A stretch of 64,000 nt of DNA from an uncultured delta proteobacterium (lineage in GTDB: Bacteria; Desulfobacterota; RBG-13-43-22). Location of the stretch: the NCBI GenBank assembly GCA_963790475.1, contig CAWBOS010000013.1:160001-224000 (forward strand). The letters are read 5' to 3'. Shown here piece after piece: positions 59,120-64,000 of the stretch. Each line of letters opens with the position of its first letter. Position 1 is the stretch's first letter. A model generated the notes under the pieces. That model had not been told where the DNA came from. It searched no databases and worked only from the letters and a program-made list of their open reading frames with translations. The position numbers and the translations under genes are program-made.

Positions 59120-60754
59120 ATGGCCTTGAAAACCCCTCAAACGATCGAAACCGATGTCCTGATTCTTGGCAGTGGGGCCGCAGGACTAAGAGCAGCCATA
59201 GAGGCCAGAAAACTCGGGGTCGAGGTTTTGCTGGTCTCTAAATCCAAGATCGGGCTGGGCAACAATACGGCCATATCCGGCAGCGGTATTGCCGCGGGCA
59301 CGGGCTGGAGGGACCCTGCAGATTCTCCGGCTCAACATTTCAAAGATACCATTATCGGCGGAAGATACATGAGTAACCAGCGTTTGGTAGAGGTAATGAC
59401 CCGAGAGATCGGACAGGAGGTACTGGAACTGGAAAGCTTAGGGGTTCGATTCAGAAAGCAGGGAGAAACCTTTCATATGGCACTCATGGCCGGACATACC
59501 CATCCCAGAAACGTTTTTGGTGATACGGCGGCCGGCACCGATCTGACTTTACCCTTGCGGAATTACGCAATCGACAAAGGTATTGCCCATAGATCAGGGG
59601 TGCTGATTACCGGGCTCCTGGTCACAGGAAAGGAAGCGATCGGGGCTGTCGGTCTGGATGAGGCCGGCGGTATTTATATTTTCAAGGCCCGGTCGATCGT
59701 TTTGGCCTCTGGCGGAGCGGGGCAAATTTATCTCCGAACCAGCAATGCAGCGGGCTCCACCGGCGATGGATATGTGCTGGCCCTTGATGCCGGGGTCCCT
59801 ATGGTGGATATGGAGTTTGTCCAGTTTTCTATTTCCGGCCCCAACACGGAAATGTTTTGCGCCAGGGAGGGGGCGGTCATTCGAAATGCCCTGGGGGAGA
59901 ATATTCTGGAAAAGTACGACCTAAGCGATCCGCTCAGGATGACCCGGGATGCCGTCTCCAGGGCTATTATGCTGGAAATTCAGGCCGGTCGTTCCGATGA
60001 TGGAGAAACCCTCACCCTGGACACCACGACCATTGATGCCGGGCGGTTTGAGAAATTACGCGTTCTATTGCCCAAAAACACCCCGGCGGACAAAAGGCAT
60101 TTTCCTATCGGCCTTTTTTCCCATTTCTCTATGGGTGGGGCGAAAATCAATGAACGGACGGAAACCGGGATAGATCGTCTTTACGCGGCCGGAGAAGTCT
60201 GTGCCGGTGTCAATGGTGCAAACCGGCTGGGAGGCAATGCCCTGGCCGAGACTTTTGTTTTTGGGAAAATAGCCGGTCAGATGGCGGCTCAAAGGGCCCG
60301 AGTAGAAAAAAAAGCGCCTGAGGGGCGCAAAGAAGCCGTCCAAGAGGTGGACCGACTCAGGGCCATGGCCTCCTTGGACGGAGGGGAAGAGGTCAAAGAA
60401 ATGAGGGGTCTTCTGAAAACCACCCTATGGAACAAAGCAGGAATTATAAGAAATGAAGAAGGACTTCAGGCCGCTCTGGGTGAAATCACCGATCTGAAAG
60501 CACGTTTTAAAAAGATATCCCTTAACCGTGACCAGGATCTTTCCGAGGCCCTCAAACTGGAGAACATGTTAAAGGTCTCGGACATGGTGGTGCAATCCGC
60601 CCTTCTCAGGACCGAGAGCAGAGGCGCCCATTACCGGTCTGATTTTCCGAAGGAGGACAACAACCTCTGGCTCAAAAACATCGAAATTTCAAAAAGAGAT
60701 GGACCCCTTTCGCTCCGAACAGTCCCTGCAGATCTTTCCAGAATGGCCCCTTAA
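59120..60754 (+). CDS. Fumarate reductase/succinate dehydrogenase/NadB-like flavoprotein
   Basis: GSGAAG, DMEFVQF, HFSMGG, AAGEV..GVNGANRLGGNAL and RTESRGAHYRSDFP. Confidence 0.85.
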   Translation: MALKTPQTIETDVLILGSGAAGLRAAIEARKLGVEVLLVSKSKIGLGNNTAISGSGIAAGTGWRDPADSPAQHFKDTIIGGRYMSNQRLVEVMTREIGQEVLELESLGVRFRKQGETFHMALMAGHTHPRNVFGDTAAGTDLTLPLRNYAIDKGIAHRSGVLITGLLVTGKEAIGAVGLDEAGGIYIFKARSIVLASGGAGQIYLRTSNAAGSTGDGYVLALDAGVPMVDMEFVQFSISGPNTEMFCAREGAVIRNALGENILEKYDLSDPLRMTRDAVSRAIMLEIQAGRSDDGETLTLDTTTIDAGRFEKLRVLLPKNTPADKRHFPIGLFSHFSMGGAKINERTETGIDRLYAAGEVCAGVNGANRLGGNALAETFVFGKIAGQMAAQRARVEKKAPEGRKEAVQEVDRLRAMASLDGGEEVKEMRGLLKTTLWNKAGIIRNEEGLQAALGEITDLKARFKKISLNRDQDLSEALKLENMLKVSDMVVQSALLRTESRGAHYRSDFPKEDNNLWLKNIEISKRDGPLSLRTVPADLSRMAP

Positions 60755-60835
60755 CCTTCCAACATCTTTTCCGATAGTAAGGCTTAAGGACCTCGACCAA
60801 GGAAAACATCCCTAATAAAAGAGAGGAGCTCGAAT

Positions 60836-62032
60836 ATGTCAAAGGTCATTTTACCGCTTTCCCGTTTTAAGGTCATTGATTTGACGGCGGCCCGGGCCGG
60901 TCCCACGGCCGTTCGAGTTCTGGCGGACTGGGGTGCGGAGGTAATCAAGATTGAACCCCCGCTGATCCGGGGATCCAATGCCAAGAGTGTTGAAACCCGA
61001 CGCCATGGTCCGGACTTTCAGAACCTGCATCGCAATAAGCGCAGTCTCACCCTGGATCTGAAAGCGGACCAGGGGAAAAGGATCTTTTTCAAGCTGTGCG
61101 AAAACACGGATGTCATTGTGGAAAACTTTCGCTCTGAGGTGAAATATCGACTGGCCATAGATTATGAGGCGGTTAAAAAAATCAATCCTCGTATCGTCTA
61201 TGGAAGTATTTCCGGTTTTGGTCAGGATGGTCCCTACCGCAAGCGGCCGGGTGTTGATCAAATAACACAGGGCATGAGCGGCTTGATGTCCATCACCGGC
61301 GAGCCGGGACGGGGACCCATACGCGTGGGGATCGCCATAAGTGATTCATCCGCCGGAATCTTGCTGGCCAACGGGATACTGATTGCCCTCCTGGACCGGG
61401 AAGTAACGGGCCAGGGGCGCTGGGTCCATACCTCCCTGTTGGAATCCATGATCAACATGATGGATTTTCAGGCAGCCCGTTGGACCGTAGCCAAAGATGT
61501 CCCCCGACAGGCCGGCAACGATCATCCAACCATGTCTCCCATGGGCGTTTTTGAGGCAGCCGATGGAAAGGTGAATATCGCCGCCGGTTCTCCGAAGATG
61601 TTCCGCAATTTTTGTGAGGTGCTGAACGCCCCTCATCTGCTAAAAAATCCCAACTATTCCAGTAACCATCAGCGTGTTCTCCATCGCCAGGAACTGAGCC
61701 GGGAGATCAATGAAATCACGGGAAAGATACCTATGGAGGTCCTGGTGGAAAAGCTGAATGGAGTAGGTTGCCCCTGCGGGCCTATTAATAGTATTGATCA
61801 AGCCTTTGCCGATCCCCAGGTTCGGCATCTGGAAATATCGAAACCGCTTGATCATCCAAGGCTTGGTCCGATGGGTTTGATACGCACCCCAATCAATATG
61901 CCTGATGTCCCCGGTGCCTCCGAGATCAGACAGCCGGCACCCGAATTGGGTCAGCACAGTGATGAGGTGCTGGCAGAGCTTGGCTATAACGAATCCGAAA
62001 TATCCGGCTTTCGAGAAGCAGGAATCATTTAA
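60836..62032 (+). CDS. CaiB/BaiF family III CoA-transferase
   Basis: VIDL..ARAGP, HRNKRSLTLDLK, ENFR, SGFGQDGPY, ISD and APELGQHS. Confidence 0.9.
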   Translation: MSKVILPLSRFKVIDLTAARAGPTAVRVLADWGAEVIKIEPPLIRGSNAKSVETRRHGPDFQNLHRNKRSLTLDLKADQGKRIFFKLCENTDVIVENFRSEVKYRLAIDYEAVKKINPRIVYGSISGFGQDGPYRKRPGVDQITQGMSGLMSITGEPGRGPIRVGIAISDSSAGILLANGILIALLDREVTGQGRWVHTSLLESMINMMDFQAARWTVAKDVPRQAGNDHPTMSPMGVFEAADGKVNIAAGSPKMFRNFCEVLNAPHLLKNPNYSSNHQRVLHRQELSREINEITGKIPMEVLVEKLNGVGCPCGPINSIDQAFADPQVRHLEISKPLDHPRLGPMGLIRTPINMPDVPGASEIRQPAPELGQHSDEVLAELGYNESEISGFREAGII

Positions 62033-62081
62033 AAAACCTCTGAGAACTCTGTGGGCTCTGTGAGAGACGAATGGAGAAAAA

Positions 62082-62876
62082 ATGCAACTAAATACCGACA
62101 AAATGCTTGCCGAAAAAGAAGGCCCTATCGGCTGGATTACCTTTAACAATCCGTTGAGGAGGAATGCCGTCTCACTGGAGATGTGGCAGGCTCTGGGTGT
62201 TATACTCACCAACTTTCAACAGGATGGGGATGTACGTGTGGTGATACTGAAAGGGGCCGGGGATAAGTCCTTTGTATCCGGGGCGGATATTTCGGAATTC
62301 GAAACGAAGCGTAATTCGGCCGCCGCCAGTGAAGCCTATGCAAAACAATCGGCCAAGGCCTACTCCATGCTGTACAAACTGGACAAACCCCTAATGGCCA
62401 TGATTCAGGGCTATTGTATCGGCGGTGGTCTGGCGGTCGCCCTGAATGCGGATCTCCGTTTTGCAACCCCTGATTCGACGTTCGGCATTCCGGCGGCAAA
62501 ATTGGGACTCGGATACGGCTTCGGAGCCGTGAAAGCCCTGGCCGACCTGGTAGGACCGTCCTGTACCAAGGATATCCTGTTCTCGGCCCGCTTTCTGGAC
62601 GCGGAGGAGGCCTTACGAATCGGTCTTATCAACAAAATCGTATCGAAAGATGAACTGGAAGCGACCGTACGTGATTACGCGAAGATGATTGGAGACAACG
62701 CGCCCTTAACCATAAAAGCGGTCAAGGCATCGGTAAGGGAATTGTTAAGGGACCCCGAAAAGCGCGATCTTGAAAAACTCAATAGACTGATTAATCAGTG
62801 CTTCGATAGTAAAGACTATGCCGAAGGCCGCCGGGCCTTCATGGAGAAACGCAAACCGGTTTTTACAGGCGAATAA
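62082..62876 (+). CDS. Enoyl-CoA hydratase/isomerase
   Basis: FVSGADI, KPLMAMIQGYCIGGG, FGIPAAKLG and EGRRAFMEKRKPVF. Confidence 0.9.
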   Translation: MQLNTDKMLAEKEGPIGWITFNNPLRRNAVSLEMWQALGVILTNFQQDGDVRVVILKGAGDKSFVSGADISEFETKRNSAAASEAYAKQSAKAYSMLYKLDKPLMAMIQGYCIGGGLAVALNADLRFATPDSTFGIPAAKLGLGYGFGAVKALADLVGPSCTKDILFSARFLDAEEALRIGLINKIVSKDELEATVRDYAKMIGDNAPLTIKAVKASVRELLRDPEKRDLEKLNRLINQCFDSKDYAEGRRAFMEKRKPVFTGE

Positions 62877-63127
62877 TTAAAGGTTCGGAACCTTTTCAAT
62901 CCTGTCCCTGTTCTCAACCATTTCCCCCGATGATAGATATTTTTACTCTTCCTATTTATAAAAAAACGGAGGTTTGAGGATTACAAAAATTTTAAGTTTT
63001 TCAATAGGTTAATAGCTTATTTATTCCAGGTGGATATATAGGACACTTGATTTGGTAAAATAATGTCTTAACTTTAATAGATAGAACTGCGTCTATTGTT
63101 TTAGTAGAAAAGTCCCAAAGGGAAAAA

Positions 63128-63784
63128 ATGAAATCATTGAAGCTATTCATAATGATATCACTGGCATTTTTGGCGGTTTTTACTGCCTGGAATGTCGAGG
63201 GGGGTGTGTTAGTTCCCCCGACCTGGCTTCCGGAGAAAAGTCCTTTTTCCGATGCGTTTTCCCAACCATCCGCCATCTTAGGGCTGGATTATGAGGCAGT
63301 CCTCCTCGGAGTGAGCCCCCTGTCCCATCCCTTCCTCAAGATAATCATGGAGGAAACCGCCCAGCAAATAGTACCGACAGTGCCTCTACCGACAGGCTTC
63401 AAGGCCAATAAAATGAAGGATGGCGGTGACAGCCTCTTTGCCGTTAAGAGGTCCTTTTATGGCTATTTCTGGGATACCTCCGGAAGGATCAATGATACCA
63501 ATGGTAAACATGAAATCGCCGATGTCGCCTACACTTTCGGTCGGGCTACCCCTCATATCTATTTAGGCCATGAAAACACCAAAAACAGCGATGACTGGAA
63601 AGTTGCCAACGAAGACATTACCCGGATGATGTACGGTGTCAGCCTCGATTACAAGGTGACCAACGCTTTTTATGTAATTCCGGTATTTACTTATTATGAT
63701 TGGAGTGGACAATCGGAGGTTTCCTCTAAACCGGGGCTTAACAAAGAATGGATTGGCGGACTTCAATTTCGGTTCATATTCTAA
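63128..63784 (+). CDS. Putative outer-membrane protein, short (possibly internally deleted)
   Basis: Signal peptide and C-terminal beta-strands ending GLQFRFIF. Confidence 0.45.
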   Translation: MKSLKLFIMISLAFLAVFTAWNVEGGVLVPPTWLPEKSPFSDAFSQPSAILGLDYEAVLLGVSPLSHPFLKIIMEETAQQIVPTVPLPTGFKANKMKDGGDSLFAVKRSFYGYFWDTSGRINDTNGKHEIADVAYTFGRATPHIYLGHENTKNSDDWKVANEDITRMMYGVSLDYKVTNAFYVIPVFTYYDWSGQSEVSSKPGLNKEWIGGLQFRFIF

Positions 63785-63859
63785 TATACTTTAAAATATT
63801 CTCCTCTTTTCTTCTCCTGCGGTAGAAGCCCTTAACCTTGACGACCGAGAGGCGCGATC

Positions 63860-64000
63860 TTAGAGTCCCTCTTCTTTGTACTCTGCGGCTAATTTGACCA
63901 TACCTTCCGGTGCTTCCTGCAGCCATTTCTGCATCTGCTGCTGGGAAACGTGTCTTTTGATTTCTCCCGGAACCCCGACCACAAATGAGTTATCCGGGAC
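63860..64000 (-). CDS. Partial gene (3' end), gamma-carbonic-anhydrase/hexapeptide family-like
   Basis: VPDNSFVVGVPGEIKR...LAAEYKEEGL*; open to the window edge. Confidence 0.55.
   Translation of the reverse strand, partial: VPDNSFVVGVPGEIKRHVSQQQMQKWLQEAPEGMVKLAAEYKEEGL

Overview
Bacterial DNA, probably from an anaerobic Desulfobacterota/'Deltaproteobacteria'-type organism (inferred from gene content and apparent selenocysteine use). It has three zones. (1) 1-16.8 kb is an accessory/defence island. It carries a Type III R-M pair, a compact two-tyrosine-recombinase element with terminal inverted repeats, and an AT-rich block: PIF1-like helicase, J-domain protein, TPR protein, YqaJ-type nuclease and HNH nuclease. 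Phage, integrase and hsdR relics lie around a 3' tRNA-Thr fragment (probable att site). The standout is the TPR protein (10390-12045): a diverged copy of the RNA polymerase beta' N-terminal clamp region (zinc-binding domain through clamp helices), possibly preceded by the beta C-terminus, is inserted inside one TPR repeat, and its sigma- and nucleic-acid-contacting residues are altered. It is a candidate RNAP-mimic decoy/sensor system. (2) 16.9-47.9 kb is a metal/metalloid/sulfur island: FmdE x3, TauE, porins, DedA-rhodanese, PtsI, an RND pump, Acr3/ArsP/ArsR/CDF/thioredoxins/CcdA and a TtrBCA/SrdBCA-like molybdoenzyme. It includes two probable selenoproteins broken or missed in the ORF track and a shared 7-2-7 operator at five or more promoters. 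(3) 48-64 kb holds acyl-CoA metabolism genes, a group II intron and a TPR protein. Several single-base frameshifts could be assembly errors. All family assignments come from motif recognition by eye, not database searches.
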